NCBI GenBank assembly: GCA_032128875.1
Contig: JAVLKG010000005.1
Coordinates: 192,001 to 256,000 of the forward strand
DNA from: Candidatus Melainabacteria bacterium 17Bon1m
GTDB taxonomy: Bacteria; Cyanobacteriota; Vampirovibrionia; Obscuribacterales; Obscuribacteraceae
DNA: 64,000 bases
Reading direction: 5' to 3'
The position numbers and the translations under genes are program-made. The notes below the pieces were generated by a model. It saw only the letters and a list, made by a program, of their open reading frames with translations. It searched no databases and had not been told where the DNA came from. Positions within the stretch are counted from its first letter, which is position 1; the number at the start of each line of letters is the position of its first letter. This document shows, piece after piece, positions 19,289 to 28,602 of the stretch.

Positions 19289-19372
19289 CCTTGTTGAAAC
19301 CGACAAAAATTTTGCGTCGTGCAATTGCAAAGCGGCATGTTTGCTAAGAAGTTCTAACTTAGACGCAAAAGC

Positions 19373-19400
19373 GGGAACTTGACTGTCCCTACTGCGTCAC
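19373..19400 (+). promoter_or_regulatory. ECF sigma-type promoter
   Basis: GGGAAC-N17-GTCAC; same spacing at 47471 and 59972. Confidence 0.7.
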
Positions 19401-19507
19401 TGGGTTGGTTGTCCCCTACTGGGCGTATAGACACTCTCGAATCGTCATCCTAAGACCTTTTCTTATGATTGACACTTTAGGACTGACATTGCGCCAAGGA
19501 AGTGCGT

Positions 19508-20095
19508 ATGAAACGTAAGACGTTCGAAGGAGTCATCGCTAGCGCATCTTGCCTTCTTTCTTTGATAGCTATTGCACCAGCGTTTTCTCAAACAACTATG
19601 TTGATGGGCTCAGCCACCCATAACACAGCACCTACAAAAGCTTCTGCCAGTACCTCGACTGTACGGCTAACACCCCCTCAGACTCCGCGCTATGACTACC
19701 GCCCCTCGCCACAACCGGCCCCACGGACTGTTTATCAAACGCGAACAGTATATGTAAAAGACAATAGAACTTATTTTCAAAGACATCCTAAGGTAAAAGC
19801 TGCGACTATCGGTGCCGGTGTAGGCGCAGGAGCCGGCGCTTTGACCGGTCTTGTTACCGGGCGCGGTGTTCTGCGTGGTGGCGCCATTGGTGCGGGCACT
19901 GGTGCAGGCGTCGGTTTGGTTCGCTCCAGCACGACTATGAAACGCCATCCTATTATTCGTGATGTTGCCACAGGCACGCTCGTCGGCGGTGGTCTCGGCT
20001 GGGCCGGCTCACGTCGTCGCGGCACCATTGCTAAGACTGCAGGCGTCGGCGCGGCGCTTGGATTGGGCGTTGGATTGTTCAAGCATCTTCAATAA
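19508..20095 (+). CDS. Secreted glycine-zipper protein
   Basis: Signal peptide (APAFS); repeated GAGVGAGAGAL, GGAIGAGTGAGVG, GVGAALGLGVG motifs. Confidence 0.85.
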   Translation: MKRKTFEGVIASASCLLSLIAIAPAFSQTTMLMGSATHNTAPTKASASTSTVRLTPPQTPRYDYRPSPQPAPRTVYQTRTVYVKDNRTYFQRHPKVKAATIGAGVGAGAGALTGLVTGRGVLRGGAIGAGTGAGVGLVRSSTTMKRHPIIRDVATGTLVGGGLGWAGSRRRGTIAKTAGVGAALGLGVGLFKHLQ

Positions 20096-20107
20096 CGGGT
20101 TAATCTC

Positions 20108-21187
20108 ATGTCTATGAAATTTCCTTCGACGTTGGCATTGGTTGTTATCGGTGCCTCTGCAATTGGCTTTGCAGGCTGCGCTCAGCAGAAAGATGCCGTG
20201 TCTCTTCGAAATGAGGCGCAGCTCCTGACTAACAAGGCTGAATTCTCGCGAGCAGAAGAGTTGCTGCGCACACAGCTTGCTCATGACGAAAAAGGTTATG
20301 GGACAGATTCGATAGAAGTCACGCCCAATCTGGATTTGCTTGGAGACCTGTATTTGCGAGAAGGTCGTCTAGGCGAAGCAGAGACAATGTACAAACGAGC
20401 TGTTGCTATTAAAGAGAAGAACCTCAAGCCGCATATGATGGATCTCTCTACCAGTCTGAACGGACTTGGAAGGACGCTTACAGCGCGGGGGCACATGGTT
20501 CAAGCTCAGCCTGTCTTGGAGCAGGCGATTCAATTGCGTGAAGAAAATGACACTACAAATGGTGTCGCGATTGCCGATAGCGAAAATAGTCTGGCATCGT
20601 TTTATGTAGGTTCTGGTCACTATGCCGAGGCCGAAACGTTATACAAGCAATCAATAGCGCATTATGAAAAGTCAGTCGGTAAGGGCAGTATGGAAGCTGC
20701 CAATGTTCGCAACAACCTGGCTAGCCTTTATTACGTTCAACAAAAGTACGATCTGGCTCAACCGATGTTCGAGTGGGTTCTTTCCATTTACGAGAGAAAT
20801 CTGGGCGATTCACATCCGGATGTTGCCAGCGTTTTGAACAATTTAGCCGAATTGCATCGGCATAAAAAGGAGTATGGAGTTGCCGAATCGCAGTACAAAC
20901 AGGCGATTCAGATTTTTGAAAAACGTCCGGGTGCCGATACTAATCCGTCGCTTGCTTGCATCTTGAACAATCAAGCACTTCTATACGCTGCACAAAATCG
21001 CAATCTGGATGCCGAGCCATTGGCGCGGCGTGCTGTAGCAATTTACGAGCGCTCTGCCGGCGCATCGCCGGTTGCGGTCGCCAATGCTCTTCGCACTCAC
21101 GCAACGATTCTTTCTGCATGTGGTCGTGCAGAGGAAGCGAAGCAGGTGCAAGAAAAAGCGTCGAGATTGCTCTCAGCTAGTCGTTAA
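20108..21187 (+). CDS. TPR-repeat lipoprotein (kinesin light chain-like repeats)
   Basis: Lipobox FAGC; repeats such as HPDVASVLNNLAELH and AETLYKQSIAHYEK. Confidence 0.9.
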   Translation: MSMKFPSTLALVVIGASAIGFAGCAQQKDAVSLRNEAQLLTNKAEFSRAEELLRTQLAHDEKGYGTDSIEVTPNLDLLGDLYLREGRLGEAETMYKRAVAIKEKNLKPHMMDLSTSLNGLGRTLTARGHMVQAQPVLEQAIQLREENDTTNGVAIADSENSLASFYVGSGHYAEAETLYKQSIAHYEKSVGKGSMEAANVRNNLASLYYVQQKYDLAQPMFEWVLSIYERNLGDSHPDVASVLNNLAELHRHKKEYGVAESQYKQAIQIFEKRPGADTNPSLACILNNQALLYAAQNRNLDAEPLARRAVAIYERSAGASPVAVANALRTHATILSACGRAEEAKQVQEKASRLLSASR

Positions 21188-21318
21188 ACCGGTCTATTCT
21201 TCAGAATAGATCCAGCAATCTGCACTCAATCATCGTCTTTCGAGTGCTTCAAAAGTTTCTCCCCACCATCAGCGAGCCGTGCATTCAGTGCACGGCTTGT
21301 TGACTTTAACGGTTAGTT

Positions 21319-22182
21319 TTGAGCATTGGCAGGCATGTATTAATTGTGATCGATTCAAGTCGGTTGGGAAAAAGCGGCGTGTCCTTTCGAAATAGAATTG
21401 GTGCTTCGTATCTTTTCTTTGTTTTTGCGCATTATGCTGTTTCACCGTCATCGGCGGCACCGGCACCAGCACCGTCCCAGGAAAGTAGGACTTCTTCCCC
21501 TGTCAACAAAAGAGTTTCGTCCCGAAACGAAACAGCTTCTCTCAGGCACAAAAACGTTTCCACCAGCGACAAAAAAGTCTCGCCCAGTGGCAAAACCAAG
21601 TGTTGGTTTTTCATGCAGACCAACAAAATCTTCGGAGACTGTGATGTTTACGCCTGTCCTCAAGGTCTGAAGATAACTTTCTCAAACCAAAAATGGGCTA
21701 ACCTGGCTAAACCACCGGATTGGGATTTATATGTTTTCAATCCCAAGGCTAAGGTCTATTGCCGAATGCCGCTCAAAGACTGGCGCGCGCGTAAATTGGG
21801 GATGTCGTTTGTCAGAAATTTGAGGACTGTTGGCAAAGAAGAGACCATTGCAGGCATGAGGACGAAAATCTATGACGCCAAGCCGCTCGACCAAGAAAGG
21901 CGGTCGACCAGAATATTTATGGTGGAAAATCTCGGACTTCCCAGGCAAGTCAGCGTAATACTTTGCGGCAATGACGCTATACCGGAGATGAAGGGCGTTC
22001 CTTTTCGAGTGCAGCACTATGGTGGGGATGCGGCAGGCAAAACCATAGAGACACATGTGGCTAAAGAAGTTTATGTACCGGCCGGTTTTTTCGACGTGCC
22101 AAGCGGTTTTCGCCTGGTGAAGAAACCTGAGGATGTAATCACCGGGGGGATTTCCGACATCATCGAGGAGATGGCGCGGTAG
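21319..22182 (+). CDS. Hypothetical exported protein (DUF4412-like)
   Basis: Hydrophobic stretch, low-complexity linker, GKEETIAGMRTKIY and FFDVPSGFRLV. Start uncertain. Confidence 0.65.
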   Translation: MSIGRHVLIVIDSSRLGKSGVSFRNRIGASYLFFVFAHYAVSPSSAAPAPAPSQESRTSSPVNKRVSSRNETASLRHKNVSTSDKKVSPSGKTKCWFFMQTNKIFGDCDVYACPQGLKITFSNQKWANLAKPPDWDLYVFNPKAKVYCRMPLKDWRARKLGMSFVRNLRTVGKEETIAGMRTKIYDAKPLDQERRSTRIFMVENLGLPRQVSVILCGNDAIPEMKGVPFRVQHYGGDAAGKTIETHVAKEVYVPAGFFDVPSGFRLVKKPEDVITGGISDIIEEMAR

Positions 22183-22305
22183 GTTTGAGCGCCATTTACG
22201 TCTGATATTCTGCCTTGTTTCCCTGTTCGAAAACAGCTTCTATCGCCGGAAAGTTGGGCTGCCAGGGTATAAAGACCTCGTCTCCGGCGTGCGACTAGAG
22301 TATCT

Positions 22306-23913
22306 ATGAGCGAAAGCGCGCAAGCATCTTCCGACAGCATTTGCCCTCGCTGTGGCCTGAAAATAGGTCAGGTCGGTTCGTTCACATATTGGATTTTCAA
22401 GGATGACCGCTGCCAATGTCCCGGAGCGGTTCCTGGTCCGCCGGGAGCAGCCGCACCGAAACCGGTCGACCCGCCGCCAAAACATGTTTTGAACAACCGT
22501 TATGAACTGGTTGAGTGCGTCGGCAAAGGCGCCATGGGTTTTGTTTACAGAGCCATAGATTTGACCAACGGCGACGTTGTTGCTTTGAAGATAATGCGTC
22601 CGGAATTGGCGCAGAATGAGTTGGCTGTGAAACGGTTGATGCGGGAAGTTGCGGTGGTTTCAACCCTGAGTAACTCGCATCTGGGGCAGGTGCACGGCTA
22701 TGGTCAAGAAAAAGATGGCGCGCCTTATCTCGTCATGGAGTTCGTGGAAGGGCAAAATCTCGCGGAAATCATCCAAGGTGAAGGAAAGCTCAAGATGGCG
22801 CGGGCTCTCGATATTTTTATCCAAATTTGCTCGGGTCTGATGTGCGCGCACACGAATGGCATAATTCATCGCGATCTCAAGCCAAGCAATGTGATCATTC
22901 AATCGAAACAAAGCGGTCAGGATCGCGCAGCAATTGTGGATTTTGGCTTTGCCAGGCTGTTGAGCGATGCGGCCGAGACGGTTCGATTAACACAACAAGG
23001 CGAGGCATTCGGCAGCCCTGCCTACATGAGTCCCGAGCAGTGCCTTGGAGAAGAGCTCGATGTTAGATCGGACATTTATTCTCTAGGGTGTCTGATGTAT
23101 GAAACTCTCACGGGCACGCCACCGCTGGTTGGTGAGAATGTGCTTTCCACTGTTGCAAAACAAGTGCGAGAAACGCCAATTCCCATGAGAAGCCACAATC
23201 CGACACTGCCGGAAGCGATTGATGATCTTGTAATGAAGTGTCTCAGCAAAGAGCCGGTTCTGAGATACCAGAAAGCGAGCGATTTGCGAATTGATCTTGA
23301 AAAGATCAAGAGCGGTGACTATGTGAATGTCACCGCCAAACGCCCGAATGTAGCAGCAAAATCGGAGAAGTCTCAAGAGAGCAAGGCGCTTCGCAGCACT
23401 GAAGACGGCTATCGGAAGTTTGCATCACTGGCGGGAATAGTTTTACTTGCCGCTGTCGTTGTTGGTGGCATTACGGGCGGTGTCGTCTGGTTTGTAATGC
23501 AGAGTTCGGGTTCGCAAAAGACGGCGACTGTCCAAACGGCTCCATCTCTTCAGACGGCTCCGTCTGTTCCGTTCCCACCCACTGGGCAAATCTCACGGTC
23601 TGGGCATGTTCAGCACTCGGTTCAGCCTCCATCATCGAGGCGTTCTGCTACAGGTGAACAAACAGAACCGGTTGGTAAAACCGTATCTTCCGAGCAAACT
23701 ACGACGATGGCACAACACTCAAGAATTGTCCGACCATCGTCCGCTAAGACTTCGGCTAGAAGCAGTGCGGTTGTTGTTTCTCACTCGAAACCCGCTGTTC
23801 ATGCGGCAGCAGGCGTAAGGCATACTGTTGTACCACCGAAAAGAATTCAGCGAAACGAGGCAACCAATTCAGCAGGATGGGCTCAACTTAAGGAACTTCG
23901 GGTGCACAAATGA
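22306..23913 (+). CDS. Transmembrane Hanks-type Ser/Thr kinase
   Basis: GKGAMG, VALK, HRDLKPSN, DFG, GSPAYMSPE, DIYSLG; one TM helix and low-complexity tail; N-terminal CPRC...CQC. Confidence 0.95.
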   Translation: MSESAQASSDSICPRCGLKIGQVGSFTYWIFKDDRCQCPGAVPGPPGAAAPKPVDPPPKHVLNNRYELVECVGKGAMGFVYRAIDLTNGDVVALKIMRPELAQNELAVKRLMREVAVVSTLSNSHLGQVHGYGQEKDGAPYLVMEFVEGQNLAEIIQGEGKLKMARALDIFIQICSGLMCAHTNGIIHRDLKPSNVIIQSKQSGQDRAAIVDFGFARLLSDAAETVRLTQQGEAFGSPAYMSPEQCLGEELDVRSDIYSLGCLMYETLTGTPPLVGENVLSTVAKQVRETPIPMRSHNPTLPEAIDDLVMKCLSKEPVLRYQKASDLRIDLEKIKSGDYVNVTAKRPNVAAKSEKSQESKALRSTEDGYRKFASLAGIVLLAAVVVGGITGGVVWFVMQSSGSQKTATVQTAPSLQTAPSVPFPPTGQISRSGHVQHSVQPPSSRRSATGEQTEPVGKTVSSEQTTTMAQHSRIVRPSSAKTSARSSAVVVSHSKPAVHAAAGVRHTVVPPKRIQRNEATNSAGWAQLKELRVHK

Positions 23914-24854
23914 ACCCTAGATTGCGTGATATAAGCTGCTTACTCGTTGGTTGTGTCCTCTTATCGCAAGCCTTTCCCGCCCTTGCTCAAACATCGTCCG
24001 AGATCAATGCATTGTTGCGGAAGTCCAAGTTTGTCGACACTGGGCGTGAAGTGAACACCTCAATTGGCAAAGACGTGACGACAATTTCGACATTCAGCCA
24101 TCCACAGGCAACCGATCAGGATTGCAAGGTCACCGCGCTGTTGATGTTGAAAGAGTTGAGGCAGCATTACAGCAATATCCATCGCATCCGTGTGTTTTTC
24201 TATGACCCGGCAAACATCCGCTCCTATCGAGAAGTTTCTGTCCAGCAGTCTGATGTAGCGCAGGTCGACATGGGCAAGTCGTTGAAATCAGTTTTATCAC
24301 AAGTTGCTGTGCGGCGAGTGAGTGCACCAATGACTGCGGCTGGCGGTTCTTCTTCTTCTTCTTCTTCTTCTTCTTCGTACTCGAGGCAAAGAGGAGCGAG
24401 TCGCACCCAGGAATATACGAATTTTACTTCGCAAGATGGTGATCTCAGCATGCAGTGTCCTGCGGGTTGGACACCGCAGCCGACAAACATTTATTTAGTC
24501 AAGCTCTACACTGCTAGAGGTCCTTCAAGTGCAACTGTTACTTTGCTGCGTCAACACTTTGAGTTTGCCGGCCCATCAATTGAAGACCTCGTAAACAAGC
24601 AAGAAACCGCACTCCTAGCCCGAGGACCCGGTGTGAAAATTAAGGCGAAGAGAAGCGAATCGTGCGGTGGAACACCAGGAATTTACCTGGAGGCTAGTAC
24701 TCACATAGGCAATACCGAAGGTGTGGAAAGAATGCTCATTCTGCGTAATCCGAAAGCCTATTTCTTGCTTTCGATGACTTCGGTAGGAATGGACGAGCGT
24801 GAGATGGGAGCGGTGTTTAGCAAGATGTCGAGTTCTTTAAGAATTCGCGGGTAG
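23910..24854 (+). CDS. Secreted two-domain hypothetical protein (C-terminal PsbP-like)
   Basis: Signal peptide ending ALA; poly-Ser linker; YTNFTSQDGDLSMQCPAGW; overlaps the kinase stop (ATGA). Confidence 0.75.
   Translation: MNPRLRDISCLLVGCVLLSQAFPALAQTSSEINALLRKSKFVDTGREVNTSIGKDVTTISTFSHPQATDQDCKVTALLMLKELRQHYSNIHRIRVFFYDPANIRSYREVSVQQSDVAQVDMGKSLKSVLSQVAVRRVSAPMTAAGGSSSSSSSSSSYSRQRGASRTQEYTNFTSQDGDLSMQCPAGWTPQPTNIYLVKLYTARGPSSATVTLLRQHFEFAGPSIEDLVNKQETALLARGPGVKIKAKRSESCGGTPGIYLEASTHIGNTEGVERMLILRNPKAYFLLSMTSVGMDEREMGAVFSKMSSSLRIRG
24348..24374 (+). repeat. (TCT)9 microsatellite encoding poly-Ser
   Basis: Nine identical TCT codons followed by TCG. Confidence 0.9.
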
Positions 24855-24859
24855 CAGAA

Positions 24860-25990
24860 ATGAAAAAGGACGACCCTCTTACTAAAGATCGAAAGCCGCA
24901 GACGCTCGAAGAGTTAAAGGCTCAACTGGAGAAGAGTACCGAGCGCTTGCACAATAGCGAATCTCGAATTCGCACTCTGATAGAAACAATTCCAGTCGGT
25001 TTGCTAATCGCTACGCAGGAGGGTGTAGTCGAGTCTGGCAGCCCGGTTTGCCTGAATTTATTTAACTGCACCTATGCTGATTTACATGGTCGCAGCCTTG
25101 GAGAATTGTTTCACTTTGAAGGAAAGATGGACGAGTTTCTATCGACCATTGATTCGAACGAAACCAAGGAATTCATGGCCCGAAGGCGCGACGGAAGCGA
25201 GTTTCCCGCAGCAATTAAAGTCAGCAGTTTTGCTAGTTTTTCCACGCCCGGGTTACTAGTGGTGGTTGAAGATGTTTCAGCAAAACACGAATTGGAAAAG
25301 TTGAAACAAGAATTTCTTTCCATGATGGCGCATGATTTGCGCACACCATTGACCTCTATAAAATGCTTTCTGGAATTGGTTTCTGAGGGTGTATATGACG
25401 GTCGTATAGATGAGTTGAAGCGTCGCTCGTCTGGTATCGGCAACGATACCACTCGTTTGATCAACATGATCAGCAGTTTGCTCAACTTGCACAAACTTGA
25501 AGCGGGGCGATTGCAGCTTAGTGTGGAAGTAGTGCCAGTCAGCGAGATAATATTCAGGTCGATGCAGTCGCTCGCGTCGTGGGCTGAGAGTCGCAATATT
25601 CCACTCGATGTGCCTACGCCAAAGCCAAACTTGCTCGTCAGCGCCGACGGCGATTATACGGTGCAGGTCTTGGTCAACCTATTATCCAATGCAATTAAAT
25701 TCTCGCCCAAAGGTAGCCCGGTTTCCATCGCTCACGAAGCTCATGATGATTTTGTCAAAATCAAAGTTATCGACAAAGGCAGAGGCATCCCTAAAGACGT
25801 TCAAGCGCGCCTGTTCAACCGCTTCGAGCAAGCCAGACTTTCAGATGCCCGAGTGGAAGGCGGTAGCGGACTTGGGTTGGCAATTTCCAAAGCGATTGTC
25901 GAAGAACAAGGCGGTAGCATTGGCGTAAACAGCGAGCCTGGGCAAGGTTGCGAATTCTGGTTCACTATGAAAAGAGAAACCGCTGACTAA
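24860..25990 (+). CDS. Cytoplasmic PAS sensor histidine kinase
   Basis: PAS (RRRDGSEFP), H-box HDLRTPL, NLLSNAIKF, DKGRGIP, GSGLGLAI. Confidence 0.95.
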   Translation: MKKDDPLTKDRKPQTLEELKAQLEKSTERLHNSESRIRTLIETIPVGLLIATQEGVVESGSPVCLNLFNCTYADLHGRSLGELFHFEGKMDEFLSTIDSNETKEFMARRRDGSEFPAAIKVSSFASFSTPGLLVVVEDVSAKHELEKLKQEFLSMMAHDLRTPLTSIKCFLELVSEGVYDGRIDELKRRSSGIGNDTTRLINMISSLLNLHKLEAGRLQLSVEVVPVSEIIFRSMQSLASWAESRNIPLDVPTPKPNLLVSADGDYTVQVLVNLLSNAIKFSPKGSPVSIAHEAHDDFVKIKVIDKGRGIPKDVQARLFNRFEQARLSDARVEGGSGLGLAISKAIVEEQGGSIGVNSEPGQGCEFWFTMKRETAD

Positions 25991-26828
25991 TTGAGGCTGT
26001 GAAACACATGGATATCCGGCAGGAAGTAGCCGTGCGTGTCATTCTTGAAGTGCGTTTAAGCGGAGCGTTGGGTGCTGTCTAATTTATTCCCACGAACAAA
26101 AAAAAATCGCCGATGGCGACCGAGCTGAGATCAACGTTTTTGAATACCCCAAATTATGGTTTTGCTTTAAATAACAACCCTGGGATTCAAAAGTGCTCCC
26201 AAGAAATAAAGTCGCAGAGCCCTGGGAGCTAATTGGTGACTGGCTTTCGCGGCTCTGCCATTATATATGGTGGCATGAAACATAATACAGTTTATTGGGC
26301 GCTGGGGGTTTTCGTGTGGCCAGTCCAGCTCTCGAAACTGTGGCCGGCAAGACTTCTTGGCGCTCCTACTTTTGTGCTTCTTGAAATCACCAAAAGGTGT
26401 GATCGCGCGAACTGCAATCAGGGACTGTCCGCAAACCAGCAACTGGATTGGCTGTGCGAGTGTGTATCTTAACTGGCAGTCATCAAAACAAGACTAGCGC
26501 TAGGATTTCGATTGCCTTAGATTCTTGCTTCTCTTGGCTCGCAAGGCTTTGCCTTGTTTGAGGGTCTGGCTGTAACGATTGTTTCCTGCATTACAGATAG
26601 TAACGAAAATTCCACCCAGCTTACATTTCGGGATTTCAGACCTTTCGGTTTGTTAGGTTCAAGGTCCACCTTTTTAACCGATAAGCAGAAGCGGAATCCC
26701 AGGCTCAGCCTAAATCCCAAGCACTGAAACAGACACGAAACCCAGCAGCAAGCGCTGTCTATGTTTCGTGTCGTCTGCTTTTGCCCGGTCGAATCGGTGC
26801 AACGAACAACTTCCCAAAAGGAAAAGAT

Positions 26829-27854
26829 ATGAACTTAAGAAAGACATTCCTCGCGCTTGGCGCGATGATTCTCGGCGTCGGCTTCCTCGGCGCATTCCCG
26901 CAACAGGCAAACGCGCAAGCAATTACTTGCACTGCTGTTCCCAAGTCGATCACTGACTGGCCATATGCAGGCTCCACAAATCCTGCCAGATACTGTGGTA
27001 CGGCAACTTCTGCCAATGGCGTAACCGTTGGCGATTCGCTGCATCAGCTCCCAAAAGGCTATCTCGAAAGCTCGTACACTCTCTTGAAGAATGTGGCACC
27101 TTTCTATGTTTTCAAGAACAAAGCGGAGTTCCAAACGTATTGGAATCAGCAGAACTCGAATCCTCCTCCTGGCGTAACAGTTCCGAATCCCGCTGATACA
27201 GCGCCTGGTTTCACGTTTTACACAGGCGCATTGGCACCTGTCTATACAGTCGTGTTTGTACAGGCCAAGACTTCTTCTGGGGCAACGGTCAACACGAACA
27301 TGAGAAACACCACCGTCCACGAGGCCGGGCACTGGCTCGACTATTTCCACCGAACAAAGTTTAGCGGTGCGGTATCAAAAGTTACTGAAGGCACGGCCTG
27401 GGCGAATAACCTTGCTGTTGACTGGAACAACTTCAACGGTAAACCTAATTGCGGAACAAATGGCGTGTTTCGTGGCAAAAAGAATCACATGGGAGCATTC
27501 ATTTGCTCTGGTCTAAATGGTGTCGGCGGTTCTCCGATTTACTCTGGCAACAACCAGGCTGTTCTGAATGCTGCCTGGCCAGGCTTTTTCAATCTGCCGA
27601 AGGAAATTTTCGCAGAAGAATTTGCGGCTGACAATAATGCTGCCGACGGCGGCGGCCAGATGGGTATCACTCAGTATCTTTCAGGTTTTACCTGCACAAA
27701 AACAATCGTCCATTCGTTGGGTGATTATGGTACCAAACCTGGTGTCGCGCCGACACACGACGCAGCAGGCAACCCGATTACTAACGGCCCAGTCGTCACT
27801 TGGATTCCTTCGACTCCCGGTGGGCAACAAGCATGTGTGGTCAACATAAACTGA
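26829..27854 (+). CDS. Secreted HExxH zinc metallopeptidase-like protein
   Basis: AAGGA RBS; signal peptide ending ANA; VHEAGHWLD and distal KEIFAEEF. Confidence 0.8.
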   Translation: MNLRKTFLALGAMILGVGFLGAFPQQANAQAITCTAVPKSITDWPYAGSTNPARYCGTATSANGVTVGDSLHQLPKGYLESSYTLLKNVAPFYVFKNKAEFQTYWNQQNSNPPPGVTVPNPADTAPGFTFYTGALAPVYTVVFVQAKTSSGATVNTNMRNTTVHEAGHWLDYFHRTKFSGAVSKVTEGTAWANNLAVDWNNFNGKPNCGTNGVFRGKKNHMGAFICSGLNGVGGSPIYSGNNQAVLNAAWPGFFNLPKEIFAEEFAADNNAADGGGQMGITQYLSGFTCTKTIVHSLGDYGTKPGVAPTHDAAGNPITNGPVVTWIPSTPGGQQACVVNIN

Positions 27855-27870
27855 TCACTGACTAGCTTCG

Positions 27871-27901
27871 GGGAAGACCTGCAATCGCAGGTCTTCCCTT
27901 T
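27871..27901. terminator. Terminator between convergent genes
   Basis: Perfect 12-bp stem GGGAAGACCTGC-AATC-GCAGGTCTTCCC followed by TTT. Confidence 0.85.
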
Positions 27902-27902
27902 C

Positions 27903-28424
27903 CTACATCGCTGCTTTTGTAAGGGTAATTCTTTCGCCTAAGCCTGTCGAAATACTCAGTTTGTCTTTGTCAATGACCTTGTATGTCAATGTGATTTTTT
28001 CTTGATTGTCGTCGACGACTTGCAGGTCTACACTTTGTTCGGAATATTGAATGAGACTGACGTTGCTAGGCTGACCGCACATCATGAAAGAACTGTCAAA
28101 TGATCTAGATCTTCCGAAAGCACCGAACTTGCCTTCTTCCATTATCGTGACTTGCGTTTCAATTCGCCCATCTTTAGCACTTTTTCGAAGGCCAATCATC
28201 GAGCCATTGCTAACCGGAGTCCAGATTTCCTCGATTTTCGTATTGCCACTGGAACCTTCCCACCGTCCAACCAAAAAGGAAAGAACTTCTACGCTTGGGT
28301 GATTGACGTATCCTGGTGCTGTTTGAACTAAGGTTTGGTCTCTGTCCGTTTCTGAATTTTGCGCCAAAACAGGCGAAAACACAGAAAACGCGATCAACAG
28401 TAAACTTGGAACTTTGGTCTTCAT
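27903..28424 (-). CDS. Secreted hypothetical protein (DUF6265-like)
   Basis: Signal peptide; LSFLVGRWEG...IEEIWTPVSNGSMIG. Confidence 0.75.
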   Translation of the reverse strand: MKTKVPSLLLIAFSVFSPVLAQNSETDRDQTLVQTAPGYVNHPSVEVLSFLVGRWEGSSGNTKIEEIWTPVSNGSMIGLRKSAKDGRIETQVTIMEEGKFGAFGRSRSFDSSFMMCGQPSNVSLIQYSEQSVDLQVVDDNQEKITLTYKVIDKDKLSISTGLGERITLTKAAM

Positions 28425-28602
28425 TAGTTTCACCGCCTGAAGTAAGTGACAGATAACGCACATCATAAGACGAGAAGCTCATATCATTCGATTTTTTTTG
28501 AACCCCTTAATAATAGACCGGTCTGTCTAATACATAAAGTCGGTTATCGGACTTGAGCGTCCAAATGGCGCGACCGCTTCATTGCGCCCGAATTGCTCGA
28601 AA

